From assembly GCA_965219415.1 (NCBI GenBank), contig OZ244742.1, forward strand, positions 1,792,001 to 1,856,000: 64,000 nt of DNA, written 5' to 3'. Numbering within the stretch: position 1 is the stretch's first letter; the number at the start of each line of letters is the position of its first letter. Below, one piece after another: positions 31,633 through 42,377 of this stretch. The stretch is from Candidatus Marinacidobacterales bacterium (lineage in GTDB: Bacteria > Acidobacteriota > Vicinamibacteria > Marinacidobacterales > DATDRI01). The translations under genes were made by a program, and so were the position numbers. The notes under the pieces are model-generated. The model searched no databases and was not told the DNA's origin. It saw only the letters and a list, made by a program, of their open reading frames with translations.

Positions 31633-31763
31633 CAGGGTGCTGGAGGATTCACGGCACCCTGCGCGAGCGGAGCGAGCCCGGCCCGAGTGGGCCGACACAA
31701 GGAGCGCCGAGCGTGGAGCGAGGCGCTAAGCGCGCGAACGAGGAGTGAGCGCGCATTGAGGCA
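31629..31763. repeat. Multi-hairpin intergenic element (REP/MITE-like or structured RNA)
   Basis: Four consecutive stems: GCAGGGTGC/GCACCCTGC, CGGCCC/GGGCCG, AGCGCC/GGCGCT and GCGCGC/GCGCGC, with a repeated GARC..GAGYGA loop. Confidence 0.65.
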
Positions 31764-33038
31764 CTAATTTTCCGCTAGCGCTCCGCCGCTACCGTGCGGA
31801 ACTCCTGCCCAAGCTTGGTTCACACCCACCGTGAACTCCACCAAACGACGCTCGAGATCCGGTCCGTATTCATCGAGTGTGGCGAGCAACGCCTTACGAA
31901 GCTGAGAATCGTGGGGCGAGGCCACCGCCTTGGGATGTCCTCGCCCGAGCTGGACTCCCACATCGTAGACGATCTCCGCCAGTTCCTCGGGGCTCGCGAG
32001 GTCACTTATGGAAACTTCCCAATAATGATCCACCCAGGTATGCACCCAAAAGCTCGAGCCATCCCAGAAATCGGAATCGAGGCCGTGGTCGCCGGTTCTT
32101 CGCGGATCCAGGTAAATGAAACCGGTGAACTTGTAAGGCGTATAGGCGATGCGTGATTGGGCGGCTAGGATGGGAAACGGATCCTTAGGCCTCCGATGAA
32201 TGCAGTCAATGCCGCTCAGATCGCGGACCTCCTTTATTTCGACGAGAACATCATCGTCGGGCTCGGGAGTGGGACCTTGCACGCGTGCTAGATACTTCTG
32301 ATCGAGGGCACTCGCGACACCCATTCGCAAGCGACCCGCCTTGACGACGTCGAAATATTGCGGTGGCAGATCGGGATTATCATCGAGGATCACCTTGGAG
32401 AAGAGGTCGATCGCGACTTGCCCCGGCAATTCTTTCAACGGCTCGGGCGTCATCAGAGAGTCGGCCCAGGCCAAAAGAGACCGGCGGTCGGAGTCGAAAC
32501 TGGCGCGGATGCGGGCCACGATTTGTGGCTCGGGCGCGGTCGTCTCTGGGTCCTCGAGCGCCTCTCGGTACCCTCGTAGAAATTCCTCGACTAACTCCGC
32601 CTCCTTGTCGAACCATCCCTTCTCTCCCGCGGCCAATTAGATGGAGACGGCGAAACGAACGATGTCCAATGCGGCGGGGCCGGTCGAGGCGTCGTCGAAG
32701 TCGGTGAGGCCCCGACCCGACTCGGTCACCGAATACTGCTCGACGTGCGGATCACCATGGAGGTTCACGGTCGGCGTGCCCGCGAGCGCTTGCTCGAGCG
32801 TCTCACACATGGCCTGGGCGAACCGCTTGTTGATGAACCGAAAATACTAGTAGGGGGACGAAACGATTCGTTTCAAGAGCTCGGGGTTCGCGCTGAAATC
32901 ATAGGAATCGAGCGGAACGTAGAGGGCCGGCAAACGGCTCGCGTCGGCGTCGGTACCGTCGACATCCGAACCGGGAGTGCACTGAGTGATGATCAGTAAA
33001 GGCAATGCAAGCACGAGCTTCCGAGAGGCGGAAGGCAT
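31764..33038 (-). pseudogene. DUF2252-like kinase-fold protein with two in-frame stops (TAG 32847-32849, TAA 32637-32639)
   Basis: One continuous frame: SSPY*YFRFIN...NLHGDPHVEQY...TDFDDA...VSI*LAAG...MGVASA...LVEIKE...LGRGH. Confidence 0.8.
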
Positions 33039-33136
33039 AGCGAAGGAGTTTGTCGCAGTAGGAGTTCGACGTCAAACGCAGCCTGGGGGATAATGCCTCC
33101 GACTCGCGACATTTCGACAATCGAAGGAGACCGTGG

Positions 33137-35119
33137 ATGCCGTTCATGTTCAGCGTAATCGCTATGTTGTTGTTGGTTTCGAGCGGGTCGTTGGCCGCTC
33201 AGGAGGACCACGCCTGGCCGCGTGAGATTGAGGCGCCGGCGGCGAAGATCCTCGTTTACCAACCGCAGCCCGAAACGTTCAAGGGGGATCGCCTGACCGG
33301 CCGGGCGGCGGTCTCTGTGACACCGAAGGGAAAAACCGAGCCCGTCTTCGGCGCGATGTGGATCAATGCGAGAGTATCGACGGATCGTGACACTCGGATG
33401 GTCGACATTCTGGATGCCACAGTCGAGAACGTGAGGTTCCCGGAAGCGACGACCGAAGAGGAGGACAAGTTCAAGCGTCTGGTGGAGACGGAAGTTCCCA
33501 AATGGCAACTTGCCATCTCGCTCGATCGTCTCCTCGCCTCGCTGGAACTCGCGGACAAAGAAAAGATCGTTGCCGACAAGCTGAACATGACGCCGCCGGC
33601 GATCACGTTCTTCACCTACCCGGCGGTCTTGATCAGCATCGATGGTGCGCCCGAGCTCCGTGCTGTCGAGGACTCGACGATGATGCGCGTGGTGAACACG
33701 GCTTTTACGATCCTCCAGGATCCCGGCAGCAAAACCTACTATCTCTACGACGGCGTGAACTGGCGCAACGCAACGAACATCAAGGGCCCATGGCAAAAAG
33801 ACCCCAACCCTCCCAAGAAGGTGTCGGAGTTGACGCCGAAGCCAGAACCCGAGGAAGTCCTCCAGGACCCCAAAGACCAGCCCGCGGAGCCTGACGAGGC
33901 TGACGCGGAACCGCCCATCCTCATCGTGGCGACCGAGCCCGCCGAGCTGATCGTGTCGCAGGGTGAGCCTGAGTACTCTTCAATCGATGGTACCGACCTT
34001 CTCTATATGAGCAACACCGAGAGCAATGTCTTCAAAGAGATTGCTAGCCAACAGGACTACGTTCTCCTTTCGGGGCGGTGGTTCCGGAGCGAGTCCCTGA
34101 AAGGGCCCTGGACCAACGTCCCCTCCGATAAGTTGCCCGCTGATTTTGCGAAGATACCCCCGGAGTCCACCAAGGGAGACGTCCTGACGTTCGTAGCTGG
34201 AACTCAGCAGGCAAAGGACGCGATCATGGACGCCCACATTCCGCAGACCACGGCCGTCAAACGCAGCGGAGACAACACCGTGACGGTGAGCTATGACGGA
34301 TCACCGAGGTTCCAGAAAATCGAGGGCACCGAGGTGTCCTATGCGATCAACACCGACCAGGCTGTGTTTTCGATCGGCAGGGAGTACTACTGTGCCTACG
34401 CGGGCGTTTGGTACGTCTCGAATATGGTCTACGGCCCGTTCGAAGTCGCCACGTCCGTCCCCCGTGAGTTGATCGACGCCATCCCGCCGGAGAACCCGCA
34501 CTATAACGCCAAGTATATCTACATCTATGACTCCACTCCAGACGTCGTGTACGTCGGGTATACGCCTGGCTACACGACGACCTACGTGTACGGCGGCACC
34601 GTCGTATACGGAACGGGATACCACTACCCCGGTTGGTACGGACCGACGATGTACTACGCCTATCCCAGCACGTGGGGATTCCATGTTCGCTATCACCCTT
34701 ATGGCGGGTGGTCGTACGGGCTGAGTTACAGCACCGGCCGGTTCACGTTCGGAATCGGCTACTCGAGTCGCTGGTACCCGTACGGTTACCGCGGCGGTTG
34801 GTGGGGCCCCACCGGACGTTACGGTTACCGGGGTGGCTACGCTCGGGGCGCCCGCAACACGCCGCGACGTACCCCGGCGGGAACGTCGCGTCGCATGGCC
34901 GCCCCCGCGGGTGCGGGTAGGAACAACGTCTACGCCGACCGAAACGGAAACGTGCACCGCAACCAAAATGGCAACTGGCAGTCACGAAGCGGCGGCAGTT
35001 GGTCTGGAAGCAAGGGCTCCGGAAATCTGAACAACAACTATAGCTCCCGGCAGAGGGGCACCGCTCGCACCAATAGTTATCATCGGGGGGGCGGGGGCCG
35101 AGGCGGCGGCCGGCGCTAG
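33137..35119 (+). CDS. Secreted hypothetical protein with Tyr/Gly-rich and RGG/Asn-rich C-terminal tail
   Basis: Signal peptide ending LAA-Q; WPREI, YQPQ, SGRWF and GYTPGY; low-complexity tail. Confidence 0.85.
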   Translation: MPFMFSVIAMLLLVSSGSLAAQEDHAWPREIEAPAAKILVYQPQPETFKGDRLTGRAAVSVTPKGKTEPVFGAMWINARVSTDRDTRMVDILDATVENVRFPEATTEEEDKFKRLVETEVPKWQLAISLDRLLASLELADKEKIVADKLNMTPPAITFFTYPAVLISIDGAPELRAVEDSTMMRVVNTAFTILQDPGSKTYYLYDGVNWRNATNIKGPWQKDPNPPKKVSELTPKPEPEEVLQDPKDQPAEPDEADAEPPILIVATEPAELIVSQGEPEYSSIDGTDLLYMSNTESNVFKEIASQQDYVLLSGRWFRSESLKGPWTNVPSDKLPADFAKIPPESTKGDVLTFVAGTQQAKDAIMDAHIPQTTAVKRSGDNTVTVSYDGSPRFQKIEGTEVSYAINTDQAVFSIGREYYCAYAGVWYVSNMVYGPFEVATSVPRELIDAIPPENPHYNAKYIYIYDSTPDVVYVGYTPGYTTTYVYGGTVVYGTGYHYPGWYGPTMYYAYPSTWGFHVRYHPYGGWSYGLSYSTGRFTFGIGYSSRWYPYGYRGGWWGPTGRYGYRGGYARGARNTPRRTPAGTSRRMAAPAGAGRNNVYADRNGNVHRNQNGNWQSRSGGSWSGSKGSGNLNNNYSSRQRGTARTNSYHRGGGGRGGGRR

Positions 35120-35123
35120 TAGG

Positions 35124-35713
35124 CTACGGGCGGAGGGCGGCGGCGAAGTCGATCGACATTCGAAACGCGTCCTCCCCTGCTACGATCTGATCCACCGATA
35201 GCTCGTCGAATGTAAGGCGTCCGACGTTGCTGGCATAGGCGCTGGCGCGCTCGATGCCTTCCTTTAGTGGAACCCGCAACTGCTTCTCCAAAGTCCGTCT
35301 GATGAGCGGCGCCACGACCTTGAAGTAAGAGCTACCGGAGGATTCCACCGACAACTCGTTCAAGTACATCTCGCCCGCCGAATAGTCAGGCACGCCGCTG
35401 ATGTAGATATCGAAGTTGTCCCCGGCACCCACGCACTCACCCCGGACGCTCACCGCGGCCCGGCCGCTAAAGAGTAGCGTGATCCGCAGCCTTCCAGAGG
35501 CGGCGTCCACACGAGGTTCTTGAACGAAGGCGTACTTGCAGGGCGTGGACGGATCACCCTCCATGTAGAATCTTCCGCCGTCCGTCATCAGGTGGGTCAC
35601 GATGAGCCTTTCGATGCTCCGGTAGGCGATTTCAAACGTCCCGGCCACTACCGACTCGGGCGCCGCAACAATAAGAAGGGTCAACGCGAGAAGCGCGATG
35701 GGATTTGATCCAC
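35124..35713 (-). CDS. Secreted hypothetical protein (start uncertain)
   Basis: Signal-like IALLALTLLIVAA, then a beta-rich domain. The ORF extension upstream overlaps the divergent gene. Confidence 0.6.
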
Positions 35714-35793
35714 GGCCACTCCAACCACTACTATCGACGCGCTTTTGGCCAAGGAGGGGGGCAGTCTTGTCGACCACACCACAAGGAAACCGC

Positions 35794-38700
35794 ATGTCGA
35801 GTCTCCTTATAACGCTTTTCTCTTTCTTGCTGATTGGCACCACCGTTCTCGAGGAGGACGAATCCTGGGACATCGAGGCGGATCGAACGCCTTCCAAAGC
35901 CTTCATTTACCAAGCCACCGAAGGCACTTGGACCGGCGTCGACGTCTCTCCCGACGGTCGCCAGATCGTATTCGATCTCCTTGGACACATCTATATCATG
36001 CCCATCGGGGGCGGTCAGGCCACGGCGCTGACCCATGGCCGTTCCTGGAACGAGTTTCCACGGTATAGCCCGGATGGCAAGTCCCTCGCATTCACCTCGG
36101 ATCGAGGTGGCAGCGAAGACCTCTGGGTGATGACGCTTTCCGACTCGAGCCTCGAGAACGTCTCCCAGATGGACCTTCCGGTGTTCCAGGGAACCTGGTC
36201 CAAGAGCGGTCGCCACCTCTACGGTACGGGGCTCAACATCAAGGTGAGGTTCCCCGTCTATCAGTTCAATTTTTTCGGCACCCGCCAAGAATTGCTCCCC
36301 GCCGACGAGCGCGCCCCGGTGAGCCACCTGGTGCCTCATCCCACCGAAAACGTCCTCTACTTTGAGCACAACGACAAATCGCTTCCGGCCAGCGGTCCGC
36401 GCATCAAGAAATACGATCTCGCAACCGGAGAGACGTCGGTCTACATCGACCGGCCGGGGGGAGCCGCGAACCCGAGCATCTCTTCGGATGGAAAATATCT
36501 GGCATTCGTCCATCGGGACGATCAGAAGACCGTTTTGATGTTGCACGATCTGGAGACTCGGCAAGAAAAAGTTCTGTTCGACCGACTCGACCGAGGCCGC
36601 TTCGAGTCGCGAAGCTTCTACGGCTGCTATCCCAACATGGCATGGCATCCGAATGGACAGGAGATCTTCATTTCTTATGGGGGAACTATTCACGCTATCG
36701 ATATCGATTCGCGCGCGACACGAGTGATCCGCTTCGAGGCCGAGGTTCGGCGGAAGATCGACGAAACGATACGTTTCCCTGTCGACGTACTGGATGAAAC
36801 GACTCGCACCCGTGCCCATCGATGGGCCCAACGAACCCCCGAAGGAATCCTGTTCGAAGCATTGGGCGACTTGTATCTGAAGTCCGGGGACGCGCTCCAG
36901 AATCTCACCGAATCGGCTTCCCATGAAACGAACCCGGTCTACGATCGATCCTCGGGACAGGTCTTCTACGCCTCTTGGAACGACGACGACCTGGGTGGCA
37001 TCTACTCTTTGGTGCCGGAAGGTGGCTCGCCATTGAAGCTCACGACGATTCCCTCGCAGTACGGCTCGCTGGCCTTATCTTCGGACGGCGAGACGTTAGC
37101 CTACGTGCGCGGGCGGGGCGATCTCATCAATGGAACCAAACTCGAGAACCAAACGCGATTTGAATTGCTGACTTTAAATGAAGGACGGGAGCAAAAGGTC
37201 ACCGACATCGATTGGACCAGGAATCGATATGGGAAACGTCCTCCTACGGTTCTTTTTTCGCCGAACGACGAGTTGATCTACTTCACCGAGTATGTCGAAG
37301 ATGCCCTAACACTCAAGAGCATTCATCCTAACGGACTTGGTGAGAAAACGCTTTACACTTTCTCGAACGCCACACGGGCCATCGTCTCTCCCGACGTAAG
37401 GTGGATCGCCTACCGCGAGTACCACCGGACCTACGTGACGCCCTTCGAGTACGCGGGACAGCCCGTCACCATCAGCGCCGCCGACGACAAAGGATTCAAC
37501 AAACGCGTGGACCCGAAGGATGGAGACTTCACCGAGTGGACGCCAAAGTCCGACGCGCTCTACTGGACTCGCGGGCGTTATCTCTACGAGAAGGCACTCG
37601 AGAACGTCCTGGCGGGAACAGAGACGGCACAGAAGAGCGACCTCTCCATGGAGCTCGAGGTCGCGGCCCCGGAGTCCGTGATCGCAGTCAAGGGAGTACG
37701 GGTCTTGACCATGAACAGCGATCGGGACGTCATCGAAGACGCAACCCTCTTGATCCGACGGAATCGGATCGAGGCGGTCGGAACAGACATCGAGATACCG
37801 AGCGATGCGAAGGTCTACGATCTGGTCGGCGACACCGTGATGCCGGGCATTTTCGATGCGCACGGCCACTACGGCAGTCGGATCTCGCCCCTCAACGTCA
37901 TCGAGCAACGGCTCTATGGCCTGCGGGCCAATCTAGCTTACGGTGTCACGACGATGTTCGACGTCTACGGGACGACGCAGAAGGACTTTTGGGTGTCCGA
38001 CATGCTGCGAGCGGGTTCTCTAGTCGGTCCGCGCATTTTCTCGGTCGGCGATCCCATCTTTGTCACCAAGTACCGCACGAAGATGCACCGCCCCATCGAG
38101 TCCTTGGAAGATGCGCTGGAGCATGCTCGCTTCAACAAAGATCACGGCGCCACAACCTTGAAGGACTATTCCAACCACACCCGCGCCGCCCGCCAGAAGC
38201 TGGCCGCCGCCGCCCGCCAGGAGGGACTCAATCTCGTGACCGAATCCTTCGCCAACCCGTCGATGAACTTGACGCAGTTGATAGACGGTTTCACCGGCAT
38301 CGAGCACACCATGGGGCTCACTCCCCTTTATGACGACGTCCTTCAGTTCTTCGCCGCTACCGAGGTCGGCATGACACCCACGCTCATCGTGGTCTACGAC
38401 GGCCCCTCGGGAGAGCGATACTTCCACCAATCGGAACGCCTCTGGGAGGAGCCGAAGCTTCTCAACTTCTTCCGCAAGGACGAGCTCCTTCGCCTGCGTC
38501 GGCCGACCCACTATTGGGACGACGACTTCTCGCACAAAATCATGGCGCGGGAGGTACGCAAACTCTACCAAGCAGGCGTTTCCCTCCAGATGGGCGCTCA
38601 TGGGCAGATGATGGGACTGGGCGCACATTGGGAGATGGAGCTTTTCGTCCACGGCGGCTTCACCCCGATGGAGGCTCTCGAGATCGCGACTATCAACGGC

Positions 38701-38922
38701 TTCAAGCACCAGGGACTCGACCGCGAGCTCGGGTCGCTCGAGCCGGGAAAACTAGCCGACCTGGTTATCCTGGAGGAGAACCCGCTGGATGACATCCGTA
38801 ACACGCGCTCCATCCGGTATGTCGTGAAGAATGGCGTCGTCTACAGCGGCGAAGACGCATCCCGGGTGTATCCCGACCCTCAGCCTGCGCGGTCGCTCTA
38901 CTTCAAAGAAAGGACTCCCTGA
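35794..38922 (+). CDS. PD40/TolB-like beta-propeller plus amidohydrolase protein
   Basis: EGTWTGVDVSPDG, PRYSPDG, MPGIFDAHGH, GAHGQ and GSLEPGKLADL. Confidence 0.92.
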   Translation: MSSLLITLFSFLLIGTTVLEEDESWDIEADRTPSKAFIYQATEGTWTGVDVSPDGRQIVFDLLGHIYIMPIGGGQATALTHGRSWNEFPRYSPDGKSLAFTSDRGGSEDLWVMTLSDSSLENVSQMDLPVFQGTWSKSGRHLYGTGLNIKVRFPVYQFNFFGTRQELLPADERAPVSHLVPHPTENVLYFEHNDKSLPASGPRIKKYDLATGETSVYIDRPGGAANPSISSDGKYLAFVHRDDQKTVLMLHDLETRQEKVLFDRLDRGRFESRSFYGCYPNMAWHPNGQEIFISYGGTIHAIDIDSRATRVIRFEAEVRRKIDETIRFPVDVLDETTRTRAHRWAQRTPEGILFEALGDLYLKSGDALQNLTESASHETNPVYDRSSGQVFYASWNDDDLGGIYSLVPEGGSPLKLTTIPSQYGSLALSSDGETLAYVRGRGDLINGTKLENQTRFELLTLNEGREQKVTDIDWTRNRYGKRPPTVLFSPNDELIYFTEYVEDALTLKSIHPNGLGEKTLYTFSNATRAIVSPDVRWIAYREYHRTYVTPFEYAGQPVTISAADDKGFNKRVDPKDGDFTEWTPKSDALYWTRGRYLYEKALENVLAGTETAQKSDLSMELEVAAPESVIAVKGVRVLTMNSDRDVIEDATLLIRRNRIEAVGTDIEIPSDAKVYDLVGDTVMPGIFDAHGHYGSRISPLNVIEQRLYGLRANLAYGVTTMFDVYGTTQKDFWVSDMLRAGSLVGPRIFSVGDPIFVTKYRTKMHRPIESLEDALEHARFNKDHGATTLKDYSNHTRAARQKLAAAARQEGLNLVTESFANPSMNLTQLIDGFTGIEHTMGLTPLYDDVLQFFAATEVGMTPTLIVVYDGPSGERYFHQSERLWEEPKLLNFFRKDELLRLRRPTHYWDDDFSHKIMAREVRKLYQAGVSLQMGAHGQMMGLGAHWEMELFVHGGFTPMEALEIATINGFKHQGLDRELGSLEPGKLADLVILEENPLDDIRNTRSIRYVVKNGVVYSGEDASRVYPDPQPARSLYFKERTP

Positions 38923-38978
38923 ACGAAGATGGCTCAGCGCGGGGGGAGACCACGATGGTTCTGAGAGGAAAGACGGGT

Positions 38979-40841
38979 ATGAACGACAAGGACCAGTTTC
39001 TGGGAATGGACCGCTCCATCACCAGGCGGGATTTTCTCCAGGGGGTCGCGTTGAGCATAGCCGCGTCCCGGATGGGACGAGCCCAAACCACGCCACCCAC
39101 TTCCTATCCCCCGCTTCTTCATGGCTTGCGCGGACAAGACCCGAGCTCGACCGAGCTCGGTCACCGCATCCGCAACGGCAAAACCGAAATTCCAACCGAC
39201 GTGGTGGACACCGGGGAGCGCTACGACCTCATCGTTCTAGGAGCGGGCCTCGCCGGTCTCTGCTCCAGCTATGTCTATCACCGTGAGAGAAACAGCGCGC
39301 GCATTCTCCTCTTAGATAATCAGGACGATTTCGGCGGCCACGCCCGTCGCAACACATTCGAATGGAATGGGGCGACCTTGATAGCACCGGGAGGCACGTA
39401 CGCCCTCGAGAACCCTGAAGGCTCGCCGCGGGGCGCGAAGGAGATCCTGGAAAGCCTCCAGATCGACCTCGACCTCCTCGAAGGCTATCGAGATCGGAAC
39501 TTCATCAGACGCTATGGACTCTCCGATGCCGTTTTCTTCGATCCCAGGACATACCCTGGCATCCAACCCACTTGGGTGAACCAGTTCTCCGACATACCCT
39601 ACCGGGAGTTTTTTCGCCGTTCCGGGATTCCCCAAGACGCGCAGCGTGAGCTCGCGAGTCTCTACACGTCGCGGAGAATGTACATTACTGGACCCGAGCG
39701 GGAGACGACACTCGCCGGCATGACGTGGGAGCAGTTCATTCGCGAGACCATGGGGTTGGGGGACAACGCGGTCCGATTCGCGAATCTCTACTCCACCGAC
39801 CTCGTCGGGCTCGGTTGCGATGCGGTGTCGGCGCTCGACGGATTCGAGATCGGTCCAGGCTTTTCCGGTATGGGAGGTCCAGGGTTCGTCGATAGGAACG
39901 GAATCCCGCGTTACGGCTACCGACCGGTGCACCGCTTTCCAGACGGCAATCACACCATCGCGCGCCTTTTGCTCAGGAGAATTCTTCCCGCCGCGGTCCC
40001 CGTGGAGGCCGCGGAAGACGAGACCGAAGACACGATGGCCCCCGTCTTCAACAGCCACATCCGCTACGACCAGCTCGACCGGCCGGAGCATCGGGTGCGG
40101 GTACGCTTGCGTTCCTTGGTCATCCGGGTCGAGCAGATTGACAACGGCCAACGCGTCGCCGTCTACTACACACAGCCCGACGGCCGCGTGCATCGCGTGA
40201 CGGCTCGCGGGGTGATCGTCGCTGCCTGGGGAATGGTCGCAAAACACATCGTGCCCGAGCTGTCCGCGGAACAAAAGAGTGCCCTGGAACAGTATCGATA
40301 TTGTTCGGCGCTCTACATCAATGTATTGCTGAAGCACTGGCGCCCCATCGCCGATCTCGGCGCATTCCGAATGCAATGGCCGGACGGTTATTGCACTTGG
40401 ATGCACGTTTCGGATCCTCTGGCGGTGGGCGACTACCAACCCGAGTACCATCCGGAGAAGCCGACCGTCTTGTCGATGTACAAGTACCTCTACACGCCGG
40501 GGCTCCCGCCCAGCGATCAAATGAAGCTCGGGCGTTACGAAATGGAGCGCAAGTCTTTCGAAGACTACGAGCGCGAGATACGATCCGAGCTGAACCATGC
40601 GCTCGGCCCGTGGGGTTTCGACGCGGCCAAGGACATCCTGGCCATCACTGTCAATCGATGGGGACACGGTTACAACTTTTTCCAACCCCGGCCGGGTGAA
40701 GAGAAGCCACCTTACGAGATTGGCCGGCGTCGGGTGGGCCGGATCTCCTTCGCGGGTGCCGATGCGGGTGGAAGTCCTTGGACGCAGGAAGCCCTGCAAC
40801 ACGGTCGGCGAGCCGCCTACGAGCAGCTCAGTCGAGCCTGA
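38979..40841 (+). CDS. Tat-exported FAD oxidoreductase, spermidine dehydrogenase (SpdH)-like
   Basis: Tat motif TRRDFL; YPPLLHGLRG, GAGLAG, DDFGGHARRN, FPDGN and ITVNRWGHGY. Confidence 0.85.
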   Translation: MNDKDQFLGMDRSITRRDFLQGVALSIAASRMGRAQTTPPTSYPPLLHGLRGQDPSSTELGHRIRNGKTEIPTDVVDTGERYDLIVLGAGLAGLCSSYVYHRERNSARILLLDNQDDFGGHARRNTFEWNGATLIAPGGTYALENPEGSPRGAKEILESLQIDLDLLEGYRDRNFIRRYGLSDAVFFDPRTYPGIQPTWVNQFSDIPYREFFRRSGIPQDAQRELASLYTSRRMYITGPERETTLAGMTWEQFIRETMGLGDNAVRFANLYSTDLVGLGCDAVSALDGFEIGPGFSGMGGPGFVDRNGIPRYGYRPVHRFPDGNHTIARLLLRRILPAAVPVEAAEDETEDTMAPVFNSHIRYDQLDRPEHRVRVRLRSLVIRVEQIDNGQRVAVYYTQPDGRVHRVTARGVIVAAWGMVAKHIVPELSAEQKSALEQYRYCSALYINVLLKHWRPIADLGAFRMQWPDGYCTWMHVSDPLAVGDYQPEYHPEKPTVLSMYKYLYTPGLPPSDQMKLGRYEMERKSFEDYEREIRSELNHALGPWGFDAAKDILAITVNRWGHGYNFFQPRPGEEKPPYEIGRRRVGRISFAGADAGGSPWTQEALQHGRRAAYEQLSRA

Positions 40842-40884
40842 GCGTTCTCGTCGGAGGCTGAGCCGCGACCTGAAGGGAGGCACA

Positions 40885-41694
40885 GTGGTCACGCAGCAAG
40901 AGAAAGCGGACCGGTTCAAGAAACTACACGAACAAGCTGGGGCCTTCGTCATTCCCAATCCGTGGGACGCTGGCTCGGCACGCATGCTGGAGGGGTTAGG
41001 CTTTCAAGCCCTGGCGACCACAAGCTCCGGGTTTGCTAATACCCTCGGCCGGCTCGACGGACAGGTCACTCTCGACGAGAAGCTCGAACACTGCCGCTCC
41101 ATTTGCCGAGCGACGAGTGTGCCCGTGAACGCGGACCTGGAGAATGGCTTTGCCGATGACCCCGAGACCGCGGCACGAACCATGGTGCGAGCCGCGGAAG
41201 CAGGAGTGGCTGGCGGGTCCATCGAAGACTACAGCGGCGAGGCGATCTACGATTTTGAACTGGCGGTGGAGCGCGTGCAGGCGGCGGCCGAAGCGACTCA
41301 TGCTATGGAAACACCGTTTATGTTGACCGCGCGCGCCGAAAACTTGCTCCGAGGCCGTGACGAGCTGGACGACACGATAAGGCGCCTGCAAGCGTTCGAG
41401 GCTGTAGGCGCCGACGTGCTCTACGCACCCGGTCTGAAAACTCTCGACGAAGTACAGACGGTCACGAGCGCCGTTAGCAAACCCGTGAACGTGCTGGCGG
41501 TCATGGTGAAGGGGGCCACGGTGGATGAGCTGGCATCCGCCGGTGCTAAGCGCCTCAGCATCGGGGGGGCGCTCGCTTCGGCGAGCCTTGCCCCTTTGCT
41601 CCAGGCGGGACGAGAAATGTTGGAGGCGGGAAGTTTCGGCTGGCTCTCCGACCGGGCATCGGCCAGTGATCTCGAACGGCTGCTGGGCCCCTAG
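40885..41694 (+). CDS. Isocitrate lyase/PEP mutase family protein
   Basis: PNPWDAGSA, ATTSSG, ADLENGF, IED and TARAE. Confidence 0.92.
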   Translation: MVTQQEKADRFKKLHEQAGAFVIPNPWDAGSARMLEGLGFQALATTSSGFANTLGRLDGQVTLDEKLEHCRSICRATSVPVNADLENGFADDPETAARTMVRAAEAGVAGGSIEDYSGEAIYDFELAVERVQAAAEATHAMETPFMLTARAENLLRGRDELDDTIRRLQAFEAVGADVLYAPGLKTLDEVQTVTSAVSKPVNVLAVMVKGATVDELASAGAKRLSIGGALASASLAPLLQAGREMLEAGSFGWLSDRASASDLERLLGP

Positions 41695-42329
41695 TGTCCC
41701 CTCACATGCCGAACAGACTCACCACTCTGCGAAAACATCAACGATCGCTCGCCGCTTGCGACCGCTGTCCCAAGATGCAAGGGCCGGTCGTGCTGGGCAA
41801 CCCGGTGGTGTCCAAAGTGCTCCTTCTGGGACAGGCGCCCGGATTCAAAGAGATAGAAGTTCACAAACCCTTTGCCTGGACCGCGGGTAAGACCATGTTC
41901 GGCTGGTTCGCGAGTATCGGCCTCGACGAAGAAAGCTTCCGCCATCGTGTCTATATGGCAGCGGTGTGTCGTTGTTTCCCTGGGAAGAACCCGAAGGGCG
42001 GCGACCGGGTACCGAATCCCGAGGAAATCGCGAACTGTGCGTCTTGGTTGGAGGCTGAAGTCAAATTGCTCGAGCCTGAGCTGGTGATACCCGTCGGCAA
42101 GCTCGCCATCGAACGTTTGATGCTCGTTGAAAAGCTAAAGGATATTGTAGGGCAGAAGTACCGGCTCGACCTGCACGGAGTACGAACCGATGTCATTCCC
42201 TTGCCGCACCCCTCCGGCGCGTCTACGTGGCACCGAACGGAACCGGGAAAAACGCTGCTTCAACAAGCGTTGAGTCGAATCCGGAAACATCCCGCCTGGA
42301 CGGCGCTGGAAGGCGGTAGAGTGTCGTAG
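41694..42329 (+). CDS. Uracil-DNA glycosylase superfamily protein
   Basis: CDRC, GQAPG, CRCFPG and LPHPSGAS; alternative ATG start at 41706. Confidence 0.9.
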   Translation: MSPHMPNRLTTLRKHQRSLAACDRCPKMQGPVVLGNPVVSKVLLLGQAPGFKEIEVHKPFAWTAGKTMFGWFASIGLDEESFRHRVYMAAVCRCFPGKNPKGGDRVPNPEEIANCASWLEAEVKLLEPELVIPVGKLAIERLMLVEKLKDIVGQKYRLDLHGVRTDVIPLPHPSGASTWHRTEPGKTLLQQALSRIRKHPAWTALEGGRVS

Positions 42330-42377
42330 TCGAGCTCTTGGAGGACTCGACTGGTGTTTGGTACTGGAGGAAATTCT

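Noticed and set aside
39312-40985. 557-aa antisense ORF, and similar ones (35731-36924, 3414-4337, 49207-50304, 37401-38333)
   Set aside because: These are shadow ORFs overlapping well-supported genes in GC-rich DNA, with no recognisable motifs.
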